Virus record (IMG/VR): IMGVR_UViG_3300035698_029289
Span: 1-64,000 of that record
Source: a virus
Length of the DNA stretch: 64,000 bases
Strand: one strand, 5' to 3'
Below are positions 26,039 to 36,355 of this stretch, piece after piece. The notes below the pieces were generated by a model. The model had not been told where the DNA came from and did no database searches. It saw only the letters and a list, made by a program, of their open reading frames with translations. The translations under genes were made by a program, and so were the position numbers. Each line of letters starts with the position of its first letter. Position 1 is the stretch's first letter.

Positions 26039-26862
26039 TGAAAAAAGTAAAATTGGCTTTCATTTGCGACATGCCGAAAGAACATTTTCTCCACTGGAAT
26101 GATGGTCTTGCTGCTGCTCTTCGCTATTTAGTCAAAAAATACGACTGGGAGGTAAAGATTTACAACTTGCCGTCAATGGAAGCTCCAGAAGTCTCCGAAG
26201 ACTCAGATTTTCACCTTTTTTGGGGAGCACTTGATCAGAAACAGCATCATCATCGTTTTTTCAAGAAACAGGGATTGTGTTTCGGTGGTGGTCCCACTTA
26301 TCACCAGAACGCCAACAATTTTGACATTATATTTGCTGAAAGCAGGGTTGATTTGGAGGAACTCAAGAAATCGGGGGTGAAAACAATGCAGGCTTTTGGG
26401 ACTAATACTAAACTCTTTCGGCCAATTCCTGAACAACCTAAGATTTGGGATTTTATTTATGCCGCAGCCTTTGCCAAGTGGAAACAACACGATGTATTTG
26501 TTCAACAGATTAAAGACAAGAAAGCATTGGCCGTAGGATACATGCAACCAGGAGGATGGGAAAAAGTATGTTATGAAATTTGCTTGAAGAATGGAGTGAT
26601 GGTAATGCCATGGGTTCCTTATAGTGTCATGCCGTGGCTTTACAACGCCTCTAGGGCGTGTTTAATAACCGCTGACACTACTGGAGGATGTCAGAGACAA
26701 GTTCTTGAAGCAAAGGCCTGTGGTATCCCTGTTTCAATAGTTTCCAGTTCGCCAAAACTTGAAGAACTTGCTGATTTAACAAGAAAGGAAATTCTGAGGG
26801 ATTGGAGCGAAAAGGCTTATGGGGAAAAGTTGAAAAAGGGGATAGAAGAGGTTTTAAAATGA
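26038..26862 (+). CDS. GT-B glycosyltransferase (GT4-like)
   Basis: NTKLFRP, WKQH, GGCQRQVLEAKACGIP. Confidence 0.8.
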   Translation: MKKVKLAFICDMPKEHFLHWNDGLAAALRYLVKKYDWEVKIYNLPSMEAPEVSEDSDFHLFWGALDQKQHHHRFFKKQGLCFGGGPTYHQNANNFDIIFAESRVDLEELKKSGVKTMQAFGTNTKLFRPIPEQPKIWDFIYAAAFAKWKQHDVFVQQIKDKKALAVGYMQPGGWEKVCYEICLKNGVMVMPWVPYSVMPWLYNASRACLITADTTGGCQRQVLEAKACGIPVSIVSSSPKLEELADLTRKEILRDWSEKAYGEKLKKGIEEVLK

Positions 26863-27701
26863 AGAAACCAAAGATGATTTTCAATTACGATTATGATTTG
26901 CCTCCTTTTCCGGAGCGCAGAGAGAATAGCGTTCCCTTTTTGCTTCAACAAGCATGTGGAGAATATTTTGATGTATATGAAAGAGGCGAAATCCCACGAG
27001 AAGAAGCAGATGTGATTTTTAACACCTTGCCTCTCCCGCACAACGGGTTTTTAGAAGGGAAAGTGACGATGTATTGGGACACCGTTCCATTAGAGAAAAT
27101 TTGGAAAGAATATTTTGACCGTTCACAGGCAATTTTCTATGTCGTTCCTTCTTATCAGTCATTTTACCCAAGGGACAAGTCCCATCTCCTTTTACCAGCC
27201 ATTAATGAAAATTATCGCTATTTTCCATCCGACTTTGCTTATGATGTTGGTTTCCTCGGGAGTGAAGTAGAGGCATGGAGGATTAATCTGCTTGACGAGT
27301 TAGAAAAACACTTTAAGCTATTGAGGGGAGCGACTGAGATTGGTGTCCCTTCAGCGAAACTTTTATCCAAATGTAGGTTGGTTTTGTCTGTACAGGACTA
27401 CCATGAGAAAAAGGTTGGCATCGAGTATCGGTTGTTTACTTTCGGCAATGTTCGCCCCATTCTTGTTCACTTTAACCTAGACTACAAACACGTCGGTGAA
27501 CCATATGTTCATTATATTCCCTATAGCAATAAAGATGATATTATAGGGCAAATTGATTATTACTTGAAGCGTAAGAAAAAAAGAGAAACGGTTGGAGAGA
27601 ATTTGAAGAAGCGATTGGCTCAACATCATACTTATGAGAAGCGAGCGAAAAAAGTTTATGATGTTTTTTGTAAAATAACAAAGGGGCAATGGAAAAAGTA
27701 A
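26859..27701 (+). CDS. CgeB-like glycosyltransferase
   Basis: YDVGFLGS, RLF, HHTYEKRA. Confidence 0.75.
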   Translation: MKKPKMIFNYDYDLPPFPERRENSVPFLLQQACGEYFDVYERGEIPREEADVIFNTLPLPHNGFLEGKVTMYWDTVPLEKIWKEYFDRSQAIFYVVPSYQSFYPRDKSHLLLPAINENYRYFPSDFAYDVGFLGSEVEAWRINLLDELEKHFKLLRGATEIGVPSAKLLSKCRLVLSVQDYHEKKVGIEYRLFTFGNVRPILVHFNLDYKHVGEPYVHYIPYSNKDDIIGQIDYYLKRKKKRETVGENLKKRLAQHHTYEKRAKKVYDVFCKITKGQWKK

Positions 27702-28201
27702 AAACACGAATAAAGCCCATAAAAGTTTTGGTTGTTGGTTCTTCTGGCAGGAGAGGCAGAAAAGTAATGAAATTTCTCAAAGACAGAGGGTTTCTTGTTT
27801 TCGGTGCTGACAGAATTGCTCAAGAAGAGGACATAAAAGGAACAACAAGGTTTTTCAAGTTGAATCTACGACATCGGGATAGCATTTGGTTGATGTTTAA
27901 TGTTGTTAAGCCGCATGCATTGGTTTATTGTGCCATCGCTAGGGGGAATAGGGGAAACTATGGGACTTTTTTTAGCGTTTTATCCATGGCAATTAAATTT
28001 GGGATAAAAAAGGTGATGGTAATTGTTACGAAACCCCCAATTCACAAAAAACCTAAAGACTTGTTGGAAATAGAAGAGCTTGCTATTGTCTCGGCGACTC
28101 AGCTATTGGCGAAGAAACATGATTTTAAACATGATGTTGTTACTCAAGGGGATAATTTATTGAAAAAAATCAAGAGATTTTTGAAAGAAAGGAGTTTGTG
28201 A
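27689..28201 (+). CDS. degenerate NAD-dependent epimerase-like Rossmann protein
   Basis: VLVVGSSGRRG, KPHALVYCA; no YxxxK seen. Confidence 0.55.
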   Translation: MEKVKTRIKPIKVLVVGSSGRRGRKVMKFLKDRGFLVFGADRIAQEEDIKGTTRFFKLNLRHRDSIWLMFNVVKPHALVYCAIARGNRGNYGTFFSVLSMAIKFGIKKVMVIVTKPPIHKKPKDLLEIEELAIVSATQLLAKKHDFKHDVVTQGDNLLKKIKRFLKERSL

Positions 28202-28205
28202 AAGA

Positions 28206-28838
28206 ATGAAACGTATTTCTGTTGTGCTTCTAGCTTGCATTTTTAGCGAGAAATTACTCCGTTTAACCGAGGATTGCCTGCTTTCGCTAGAAAACCAATA
28301 TGATGAGCTTATTTTTGTCGATAATGCCAGTCATATGTTAAAAGAAAAATGGCGGAATATGGCGGATGTTTACATCAGAAATAATAAGAACCTTGGTTTT
28401 TCATTAGCCTACAATCAAGGATTCAAATTGACAACAGGAGACTATATTTGTGTTGTGACGAATGACACAAGGATTGAAAAGGGCAAGTTAAAAGATTTAA
28501 CATCCTTGGCAGATAAGGGTTATGTTTTCCCAACATTTACCAACAAGGATAAACCCGATTGGGATGGAGCATTTTACATGTTTTCAAGAAAGACAATGGA
28601 AAAGAATGGAATTTACGACCCGATTATGCGAAATTATTTCAGCGATTTGGATTTATTCTATCGGGCAAAGAAAAAAGGATTGGCTTTGACAAAAACCGAT
28701 AAGGTTGTAGTTTTCCACCATGAAGAGCAAACCTATAGGCCATTGGGGACAAGGGACTTTGTTTACGATGAAGACCACCGGAAGTTTGTTAAAAAACACA
28801 AAATTGATCCTTTGGTAGATTATTATAATTTTATATAA
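28206..28838 (+). CDS. GT2 glycosyltransferase
   Basis: FVDNAS, NLGFSLAYNQG, TND, YFSDLD. Confidence 0.88.
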   Translation: MKRISVVLLACIFSEKLLRLTEDCLLSLENQYDELIFVDNASHMLKEKWRNMADVYIRNNKNLGFSLAYNQGFKLTTGDYICVVTNDTRIEKGKLKDLTSLADKGYVFPTFTNKDKPDWDGAFYMFSRKTMEKNGIYDPIMRNYFSDLDLFYRAKKKGLALTKTDKVVVFHHEEQTYRPLGTRDFVYDEDHRKFVKKHKIDPLVDYYNFI

Positions 28839-29533
28839 TGATGAACAAGACTAAGAAAAAGATTACCGCTGTAGTCTTACATTACTATTCACAAAGAACA
28901 AAGAATGTTGAAAAAATTATTAATGCTTTGCAGTTAGGAATATTAGCTCCAGACAAAATAATTCTCTTCAATAACAACAAAGACGTTCAATATCCGAAAA
29001 CCAAGGGAGTAAGCGTCATTAATAGTGACACCAATTATGGAGGTCGGGGGCGTTACCCCATTGCTTTACTTGAACCCAGTGATTATTATTTTTTCATCGA
29101 TGACGATATGTCTCCCAGTAAAAATACCTTGAAGAACTTTATGAAATATGCAGAAGAAGGTTGTTGCCTTGGCTACATAGGAAAAGTTATTACTGAAAAC
29201 GAAGATTATATGAGTGCTAAAGCGTTTTTTGGTGATGAAATGTCGAAAGTTACGGACGTAGATCTTTTAGTAGGCAATGGTAGTATTTTTGTGTCTTTCA
29301 CTGCTCTTTTTAAAATGTTTGAAACGGAAAAAGGGTTATTAAAAGAAGGTTTTATTTTCGGTAGAGAAGAAGACATTATTTTAAGCATGAGCAATGATCC
29401 GAAAGTGATTCCCGCAAAATACGATGAAGACCTTATCAAGTTGCCAGAGGAGGGTGTTGGGTATTGGAGAGACCCTAGCCATATTAATTTGAGAGACGAG
29501 ATGGTAAGGAGGCTTTATAGGAGGGCTAAATGA
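28838..29533 (+). CDS. GT-A glycosyltransferase
   Basis: LFNN, FFIDDD, EEDIILS. Confidence 0.75.
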   Translation: MMNKTKKKITAVVLHYYSQRTKNVEKIINALQLGILAPDKIILFNNNKDVQYPKTKGVSVINSDTNYGGRGRYPIALLEPSDYYFFIDDDMSPSKNTLKNFMKYAEEGCCLGYIGKVITENEDYMSAKAFFGDEMSKVTDVDLLVGNGSIFVSFTALFKMFETEKGLLKEGFIFGREEDIILSMSNDPKVIPAKYDEDLIKLPEEGVGYWRDPSHINLRDEMVRRLYRRAK

Positions 29534-29913
29534 TTATTGGCTATGCCTATCTTGTGGGAGATGTCCTTCATTTTGGGCACATTCAACATTTGAAAAATTG
29601 TAAAGCATTATGTGACAAATTGATTGTAGGCGTGTTGACTGATGGGGCCTGCATGGAAAAGAAACAAAAGCCAATAATTCTTTTTAAGGAAAGAATGGAA
29701 TTAGTAACTGAATTAAAGAGCGTTGACTCGGTTGTTACACAAGAAAAATATTCGCCTATAGAAAACCTTCAAGCAATTCAACCGGACATTTTTTTTGAGA
29801 GCACAAGCCATAAGCCTCCAGTAGAGAATCCTTGGGGAAGAACTATCGTTATGCCTTATTTTCCTGAACAATCAAGTAGTAAAATAAAGGAGAAAATTCG
29901 TGGCAAGTCGTAA
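29530..29913 (+). CDS. cytidylyltransferase (TagD/RfaE-like)
   Basis: DVLHFGH, LIVGVLTD, ER, SSSKIK. Confidence 0.88.
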   Translation: MIIGYAYLVGDVLHFGHIQHLKNCKALCDKLIVGVLTDGACMEKKQKPIILFKERMELVTELKSVDSVVTQEKYSPIENLQAIQPDIFFESTSHKPPVENPWGRTIVMPYFPEQSSSKIKEKIRGKS

Positions 29914-30274
29914 ATCATCAGCTTTGAAAAGTTTGATTTGGCGAATAATAGGCGTGCTCATTCTTGGAGCTGTTACATATTTTTTCACTAGGAAGTGGGT
30001 TGTTACTGGGTTGATTGCTTTTTGGCACAATTTTTCTTTTATTTGGATATTTTATGCTCATGAAAGATTTTGGCTTTGGTTTAAAAAGCCCAATCATCCG
30101 ATTAAAGCAATTACTTATGAAATCATTTTAGGCATGGGAATAGGAGGCTTAATTGTCTATCTTTTTACTGGTCAATGGTCAAAAGTAACCAGAATTACTG
30201 GAACCTACACAGCAATAAAGCTTATAATGTATTATATTAATGAGAAAGTTTGGAGTAAAATAGAAAAGAGGTAA
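29900..30274 (+). CDS. DUF2061-like membrane protein (duplicated motif)
   Basis: S.LKS..WR...FYAHERFW and YYINEKVW. Confidence 0.7.
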   Translation: MASRKSSALKSLIWRIIGVLILGAVTYFFTRKWVVTGLIAFWHNFSFIWIFYAHERFWLWFKKPNHPIKAITYEIILGMGIGGLIVYLFTGQWSKVTRITGTYTAIKLIMYYINEKVWSKIEKR

Positions 30275-30277
30275 AAA

Positions 30278-30781
30278 ATGGCTAGAAAAATGCCGTTCGA
30301 AAATAAAGAAAAAGCAGATAAGTTTTTAGAAATCTGGGATGATATTTGTAATGAATTAGGTATTCGACGTTCATTAATTTATGGGACTGCTTTGGGGTTT
30401 TATCGTGAAGGTGGTTATATCAAAGGTGACAGCGATATTGACGTTAGGGTTTTTTGCAAAAGAGATAAATGGGATAAAATGGTAGCGAAATTACACGAAA
30501 AGGGTGTTACTCAAACTCTTCCACATGGGTTTGGTTTCTATAAAGATGCTGTTCTCATGTGTATTGAAAGATGTGAAAGAGTTGGCGTAGTAACTTATCA
30601 GGACGGTTGGGAGATTACATGCTTGCCTTATTATGAATTTGAGACTATTGAATATAATGGCAGGAAATATAATATTCCACATCCGATTGAAAAATATCTT
30701 GAGCAAAGATATGGAGCAGACTGGAGGACACCTAAACCAGGAGCAAAGGCTCAACCTGGTGTTGGTATTCGCATAAAATAA
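30278..30781 (+). CDS. LicD/fukutin-family phosphotransferase
   Basis: GTALGFYREG..I.GDSDID; YLEQRYGADWRTP. Confidence 0.88.
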   Translation: MARKMPFENKEKADKFLEIWDDICNELGIRRSLIYGTALGFYREGGYIKGDSDIDVRVFCKRDKWDKMVAKLHEKGVTQTLPHGFGFYKDAVLMCIERCERVGVVTYQDGWEITCLPYYEFETIEYNGRKYNIPHPIEKYLEQRYGADWRTPKPGAKAQPGVGIRIK

Positions 30782-30790
30782 AGGAGATAT

Positions 30791-31738
30791 ATGAAAAAAG
30801 TTTTAGTCAGTGGAAGTGGCGGTTTTATAGGCCACCATCTATGTAGATTTTTAAAGAAAAGGGGATATTGGGTTCGTGGTGCAGATTTAGTTCACTCTCC
30901 ATTCCTTAAAGTTGATGAAATTGATGAGTTTTTGATACTAGACTTGCGTATTGGCGAAAATTGCCTCAAAGCAACAGAGGGAATCGATGAAGTTTATGCT
31001 TTAGCTGCTATGAATGGGAGTATTGAGTACACTTCAAAGGTAAAAGCAGAAATTGTTCACGATAATGTCCTCATTAACACCAATACGGCTCAGGCATGTG
31101 TAGATAATGGAGTAAAACGGCTATTTTTCTCTTCTTCAGCCTGTGTTTACCCAATTAATAAGCAAGATACAGATGAAGTGATCGCTTTAAGGGAAGAAGA
31201 CGCCTATCCGGCCATGCCTGACAGCGAATATGGGTGGGAAAAGCTATTTTCTGAGAGAATGTACAAGTCCTTTGAAGAAGATTGCGGATTAGAGGTAAGA
31301 ATTGCGAGATTTTTCAACATTTATGGCCCAGAAGGGCATTATGATGAGTTATTGGCCAAGGCCCCAACAGCAATTTCAAGAAAAGTAGCCTTAACAAAGG
31401 ATGGAAAAGTAAAGATTTGGGGAGATGGGGAGCAAAAGCGTTCATTTACCTACATTGATGACTGTCTGGAGGCAATATACAAGCTAACGCAGTCAAATAT
31501 CAATACCCCAACGAATATCGGGACCACAGACCTTCTCACGATAAACGAATTGGCCTATTTGATAGGAAAAATCGCTGGTAAAAAGATTAAACTCGTTCAT
31601 CAATTAGATAAAGCACAGGGAGTAAGAACAAGACAATCCGATCAATCAAAAATAGAGAGATTACTTGGATGGAAGAGGAAAGTTAAGCTAAAAGAGGGTC
31701 TTAAAAATACTTATGACTGGGTGAAAGGGGAACTATGA
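30791..31738 (+). CDS. NAD-dependent epimerase (GDP-mannose 3,5-epimerase-like)
   Basis: SGSGGFIG, SSSACVYP, DAYPAMPDSEYGWEKLFSER, IWGDGEQKRSF. Confidence 0.88.
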   Translation: MKKVLVSGSGGFIGHHLCRFLKKRGYWVRGADLVHSPFLKVDEIDEFLILDLRIGENCLKATEGIDEVYALAAMNGSIEYTSKVKAEIVHDNVLINTNTAQACVDNGVKRLFFSSSACVYPINKQDTDEVIALREEDAYPAMPDSEYGWEKLFSERMYKSFEEDCGLEVRIARFFNIYGPEGHYDELLAKAPTAISRKVALTKDGKVKIWGDGEQKRSFTYIDDCLEAIYKLTQSNINTPTNIGTTDLLTINELAYLIGKIAGKKIKLVHQLDKAQGVRTRQSDQSKIERLLGWKRKVKLKEGLKNTYDWVKGEL

Positions 31739-32583
31739 ACAATAATGTCCAAGCACTAATCTTTTCGTATAATCGTCCAATGCAATTGGATCTTTTGTTG
31801 AGCAGTATTAAAAGGAATATTACTGGCTTTGATAAAATTTTCGTTACCTTCAATTATTCCAATGACAAATTTCTTAAAGGCTATGAGATGTTGATGAAAA
31901 AGGGGTTGGCAGATGAATGGCACTGTGATAAAGACTTTGCCTACACTCCTGGCTTTAAGGACTATCTCGTGGGGTTAATGGGTACTAAATATCAACACAC
32001 TTGTATCTTCTCTGATGACGATATTGTTTTTGGAAAGGCTTCCATGGATGATGTTGTTTCCCTCATAACGAATGATGTTATTTCTTTCCCCTTGAGATCT
32101 GGCCTTAATGCCAATTACAGTTTTTATGGTGGAACCACTATAATCGAAAATCCATGGGGAGAATATGAGGATTTGGGAAAGTTCATTAAATGGGATTGGA
32201 CAACATATAATCCAAAGCGTTGCAATGGTTATCCTATAGCATTTGGAGATGGTGGTGTTTACAGGACTCAAGTAATAAGAAATTTACTGAAAAGGGTTGA
32301 GGGACAATCACCTAATGAGATAGAAAGACATTTGAATGAAAAAGAATCGAGGAAGGTCATCACTCAACACAATCTGGCTGCATACAAACATAGCGTATTA
32401 GTAAGCACACCGGTTAATTTGGTGCAAACATTTTCTCCTTTGTTTCATGGTGAAAAATTCAGTTACCCTGTTGGAGAATTAAATGACGCATATTTAAAAG
32501 GATATATTATTGATTATGATAAAATAGATTTTAGTAATATTAAAGGAACTCATCAAGAGTTAAAATTACCATTAAGGAGGTAA
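31735..32583 (+). CDS. putative GT-A glycosyltransferase
   Basis: FSYNRPMQLDLLL.S, FSDDD. Confidence 0.7.
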   Translation: MNNNVQALIFSYNRPMQLDLLLSSIKRNITGFDKIFVTFNYSNDKFLKGYEMLMKKGLADEWHCDKDFAYTPGFKDYLVGLMGTKYQHTCIFSDDDIVFGKASMDDVVSLITNDVISFPLRSGLNANYSFYGGTTIIENPWGEYEDLGKFIKWDWTTYNPKRCNGYPIAFGDGGVYRTQVIRNLLKRVEGQSPNEIERHLNEKESRKVITQHNLAAYKHSVLVSTPVNLVQTFSPLFHGEKFSYPVGELNDAYLKGYIIDYDKIDFSNIKGTHQELKLPLRR

Positions 32584-32586
32584 AAT

Positions 32587-33177
32587 ATGGCTTGTCCATC
32601 AATAAGAGCATTTGATTTTTTACTTAAAAAGAAAAAGGATTTAGTTGGTGTAGAAGTAGGAGTATTAGCAGGAAGTCATGCTCTTAAAATGTTACAATTT
32701 CTTGATATAAAAACTCTTTATTTAGTTGATCCTTATTTTAAATATAAGTCTAAATATAAGTCTGGAGAATTTGAATGGGATAATAGAAAATGGGAAGCAA
32801 TTGCAAAAGAAAAGCTACAAAAATATAAAGATAAAATAAAATGGATTAAAACTACATCAGTTAAAGCAGTTGTTGAGTTTAAAGATGAAAGTTTAGATTT
32901 TGCTTACATAGATGCCAATCATGAATATAAATTTACATTAGAAGATACTGAATTATGGACACCAAAAGTAAAACAGGGTGGAATCGTAGGTGGACACGAT
33001 CATGTACCTAATCATCCTGGAGTAGCAAAAGCTGTAAAAGAATATTGTGATAAAAATAAAATTGAATATAAAACTAAATATTTTATAAATAAAAAAGTTA
33101 ATATTGATTGGGCATTTAAAAAAGGTGGCAAGTTAGGAGTTTGGGAAATTCCTAAAAGTAATATACCTGAACCATGA
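32587..33177 (+). CDS. Methyltransf_24-like SAM methyltransferase
   Basis: GVEVGV, LVDPY, LDFAYIDANH, GGHD; unusually AT-rich. Confidence 0.88.
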   Translation: MACPSIRAFDFLLKKKKDLVGVEVGVLAGSHALKMLQFLDIKTLYLVDPYFKYKSKYKSGEFEWDNRKWEAIAKEKLQKYKDKIKWIKTTSVKAVVEFKDESLDFAYIDANHEYKFTLEDTELWTPKVKQGGIVGGHDHVPNHPGVAKAVKEYCDKNKIEYKTKYFINKKVNIDWAFKKGGKLGVWEIPKSNIPEP

Positions 33178-34031
33178 ACAAACTCTGCATAGCAATTAGA
33201 AGCCTTAACCGACCAGAATATTTAAAACAATGTTTGGAGTCTTTGGAAGCTAATACCTATTTAAGCGGTGTAGATTTCCATTTCTTTCAAGATGGAGCAG
33301 TTAACCAATTTTCTGGCATTAGGCATGCCACTGATGAAGACATTAAAGCTTCATTAAAAGTCTTTCTGGATTCTAAATTACCTAATAAAACAATCTTTAT
33401 TAGTTCGTCTAATGTTGGTCCAATTATCAGGAATAAACTCCAATTAGGACATGTGTTCCCGCGATACGAATATGGAGTGTTTATTGATAATGACCTCATT
33501 TTCAACAAGTATTACATCAAGACATTAAAGGTTTTGTTCGAACAGTTCAAAAATAGCGATGCTGGCTCGATTCAAACATCTTTTAGGCATCATGAAAATA
33601 GTCTTCAATCTTTTGAAGAGGCTGAAAGGCTTCAGGATAAAGTAGCTTATGGATTTTCTCATAGGTGGGAGATTGGTTTATGGAGGGAGAGCTGGGAAAA
33701 AATCAAACCCCAAATGGCACCATATTTCGAAATGACTGAGAAATGTGATTTCAAAGAGCTTTTATACAATCATGATATTTATGAAGATATTCGGGTCAAA
33801 CTACGGGAGATTTATGGGCAGTCAGGGAATGTCACAACAGAAGATTACGCTTTGGAAAGATCGGTAGAAAAAGCAGGATATAAGGGGTTGCACACTTTAA
33901 CATTACGGCACAAAACAATTGGAGAAAAAGGAATGTATAGTTTTAGGTCAACTCGATTTAAGGATGGAAATTATGCTGGAATCGAATTGTACAATGTCGG
34001 CAATGTGGAGGAATATGAGGTTCATAAATAA
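33174..34031 (+). CDS. GT-A glycosyltransferase
   Basis: NRPEYL...LESL, FQDG, FIDND. Confidence 0.75.
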   Translation: MNKLCIAIRSLNRPEYLKQCLESLEANTYLSGVDFHFFQDGAVNQFSGIRHATDEDIKASLKVFLDSKLPNKTIFISSSNVGPIIRNKLQLGHVFPRYEYGVFIDNDLIFNKYYIKTLKVLFEQFKNSDAGSIQTSFRHHENSLQSFEEAERLQDKVAYGFSHRWEIGLWRESWEKIKPQMAPYFEMTEKCDFKELLYNHDIYEDIRVKLREIYGQSGNVTTEDYALERSVEKAGYKGLHTLTLRHKTIGEKGMYSFRSTRFKDGNYAGIELYNVGNVEEYEVHK

Positions 34032-34728
34032 ATTGTACGATAAACACAAGGGGCAAGCAATATGGATTTGTGGAAGCGGGCCAACTCTTGATGATTACCC
34101 TGATAACTTTCTTGATGACAAGATAGGGATTACCCTTCACCTAGCGACGCTCAAATACCCCCAGGCGAGCTATCGTTACTTCAATGAGTATGATAGGCTA
34201 GAATATCTTATTAAACAGGATCCTACGGTCTTAGAGAGGAAAAACATTTTTGGTTGGCCGTTTTATAGGAGAACGGAAGAAGAGTCGGCCAGATTAACAG
34301 AGAAAGCTACCAAGGCATATTATTTAAAACTGACTCCTTACCCGCCTAATGGCATGGCAAAAGACATTTTTACTGAAGTTGGAGTAAGCGCCATGAAGAA
34401 GCAAGTAAAGGATGCCAAGAGAGCCAGAGTAATTAAATTCGGAGGATATGGTACTTGTGCTCATGGCTGCTTGTATACAGCGATAATGATGGGTGGCAAC
34501 CCGATTTTTATGATTGGGTGTGGGTTTAAATCAATAGGCGACAAGGAACACTTTAATGAAGCCAACATTATTGACAAGAAAATGAGACCCAAAATAGCAT
34601 TATTTTCCGACCAGAGCAGAACAAAAAGAATGTTTACAGGAACGAAGGCAATAATTGAAGGCTGCAAGGAGCAAGGGATTAAAATTCACTGGTGCAAAAA
34701 TTATGAACAAACTTGTCGTTTCCATTAG
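34015..34728 (+). CDS. DUF115/Maf-like glycosyltransferase domain protein
   Basis: HKGQAIWICGSGPTL, MGGNPIFMIG. Confidence 0.65.
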   Translation: MRFINKLYDKHKGQAIWICGSGPTLDDYPDNFLDDKIGITLHLATLKYPQASYRYFNEYDRLEYLIKQDPTVLERKNIFGWPFYRRTEEESARLTEKATKAYYLKLTPYPPNGMAKDIFTEVGVSAMKKQVKDAKRARVIKFGGYGTCAHGCLYTAIMMGGNPIFMIGCGFKSIGDKEHFNEANIIDKKMRPKIALFSDQSRTKRMFTGTKAIIEGCKEQGIKIHWCKNYEQTCRFH

Positions 34729-34740
34729 GGGCAAAACTTT

Positions 34741-35292
34741 ATGATGTTGGAAATGTCGAAAAATACCAAATCACCAATTAAGCTGTTTATTGGCTGCGGT
34801 CCATTGCCAATACACCAGTACCACTGTCAATTCATCGACGATAGTTGGACTTTGATTGACTTGTATGTGAATGATCCTAAAATCGTTAAAATGGACGCTA
34901 GGTGCTTGGATTATGATGATAATTCCGTGGAGAAAATATATTCCTCCCACCTTTTGGAACACTTTGCCAAAAAAGAAGTTGTGCCTATTCTTACAGAGTG
35001 GTGGCGCGTATTGAAAGATGGTGGTAAACTAAGACTAAATGTTCCGAATCTCGAATGGGCAGCAAAGTGCTTATTGGGAAAAGTCAAAAGTGATTATTTT
35101 ATTACTACAGAAATGATTTTGGATATTTTTTATGGGAATCAAGCCCATAAAGGTGAGTTCCATAAAACTGGGTTCACCAAGGAGTTGCTTGAAAAATATT
35201 TAAAGGGAGTAGGTTTTAAAAACATCAAGGTTTGGACTGAATATGAAGCTCATAACATGAATTGTTTATTAGTTACCGCGAGGAAACCATGA
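34741..35292 (+). CDS. SAM methyltransferase (Methyltransf_11-like)
   Basis: IGCG, IYSSHLLEH, EWWRVLKDGG...VPN. Confidence 0.88.
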   Translation: MMLEMSKNTKSPIKLFIGCGPLPIHQYHCQFIDDSWTLIDLYVNDPKIVKMDARCLDYDDNSVEKIYSSHLLEHFAKKEVVPILTEWWRVLKDGGKLRLNVPNLEWAAKCLLGKVKSDYFITTEMILDIFYGNQAHKGEFHKTGFTKELLEKYLKGVGFKNIKVWTEYEAHNMNCLLVTARKP

Positions 35293-36149
35293 AAGTAGGT
35301 ATTTTTTCAGAAGACGATAGTCACACGCGTGGCTTTTATAGCAAAATTGATGGGCTGATAAAGGCCTCCAAAAAACTCGGCCTTGATTACTCAAGGTGTG
35401 GAAATGGAGAAAAGTATGATGTAGTAATCAACTGGGAACCATTTGGCTCAGTAAGAAAGGGAAGCCGGCTCACAATTGTTTGGGTATGGGATACCTATAG
35501 ACATAGCATGAGAGCTCAATTAGGGAATGTTGGTGGTGACAAAACAGAAGCCTTTGATGTTCTGTTCCGGGCCCATGCTACTTTTTATCACGGCGAAGAC
35601 ATAAATCCACGTTTAAGACCAACTTATTGGATGCCGCCTGCTGTTGATTCGGAGGTTTTCAAGAGAAATCCTGAAATAAAACAGAAATATGATATTTCTT
35701 GGGTGGGGCAACAGAGATACATGCCCGAATTCGAAATACTAAAAAAACATTTTAAATTTTTTCGATGTTTTGGGTCAAAGCCTTATCTTGAGTATGTAGA
35801 AGCTCTTTGCCAGGGAAAACTTATTCTAAATGCCCCCATTGCTCATGAAACCAACAAGCGAGTAATGGAAGTAATGGCTATCGGCCCAGCTTTAATGTCA
35901 TGGGGGCCGGATTATAGTTTGCTAGCAACTCCAGATAAGCATTTTGTATGTTATAATTCGATTAGAGAAAACATTGAAAGCATTGATAAATTTGAGAAGA
36001 GGCTAGTTGAAAAGGTAAGTACTTATCTTGGCAGTCAAGAGGAACTTGATAGAATAGCGAAAGCGGGCCGGCAACTTGTCAAAGAACAGTTTACATTTGA
36101 GTGCCAAGTAAAAAGAATAGAAATAATTATTAAAAGACACTTAAAGTAA
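35289..36149 (+). CDS. CgeB-like glycosyltransferase
   Basis: KYDISWVG, NKRVME, RIAKAGRQLV. Confidence 0.75.
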   Translation: MKVGIFSEDDSHTRGFYSKIDGLIKASKKLGLDYSRCGNGEKYDVVINWEPFGSVRKGSRLTIVWVWDTYRHSMRAQLGNVGGDKTEAFDVLFRAHATFYHGEDINPRLRPTYWMPPAVDSEVFKRNPEIKQKYDISWVGQQRYMPEFEILKKHFKFFRCFGSKPYLEYVEALCQGKLILNAPIAHETNKRVMEVMAIGPALMSWGPDYSLLATPDKHFVCYNSIRENIESIDKFEKRLVEKVSTYLGSQEELDRIAKAGRQLVKEQFTFECQVKRIEIIIKRHLK

Positions 36150-36157
36150 GAAGGGGG

Positions 36158-36355
36158 GTGAAAAAATCTATGGTAGCAAAGTTTCAGGACTTAGCCAACC
36201 TATCTGTCGGATTAGCAACAGCAGTAAATAGCCATTTAATGTCAGTCGAGGAAGCCAGGATTATTTTGAAGCGCCACCTCGTTGACAAAGGACTAAAAAT
36301 ATTGCCTACTCGCAAAAGTAGTCCCGTCAAGGCAAAAGAGGAAAAGGATAAATAA
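36158..36355 (+). CDS. hypothetical protein
   Basis: RBS GGGGGGTGA; start likely ATG 36170. Confidence 0.55.
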   Translation: MKKSMVAKFQDLANLSVGLATAVNSHLMSVEEARIILKRHLVDKGLKILPTRKSSPVKAKEEKDK

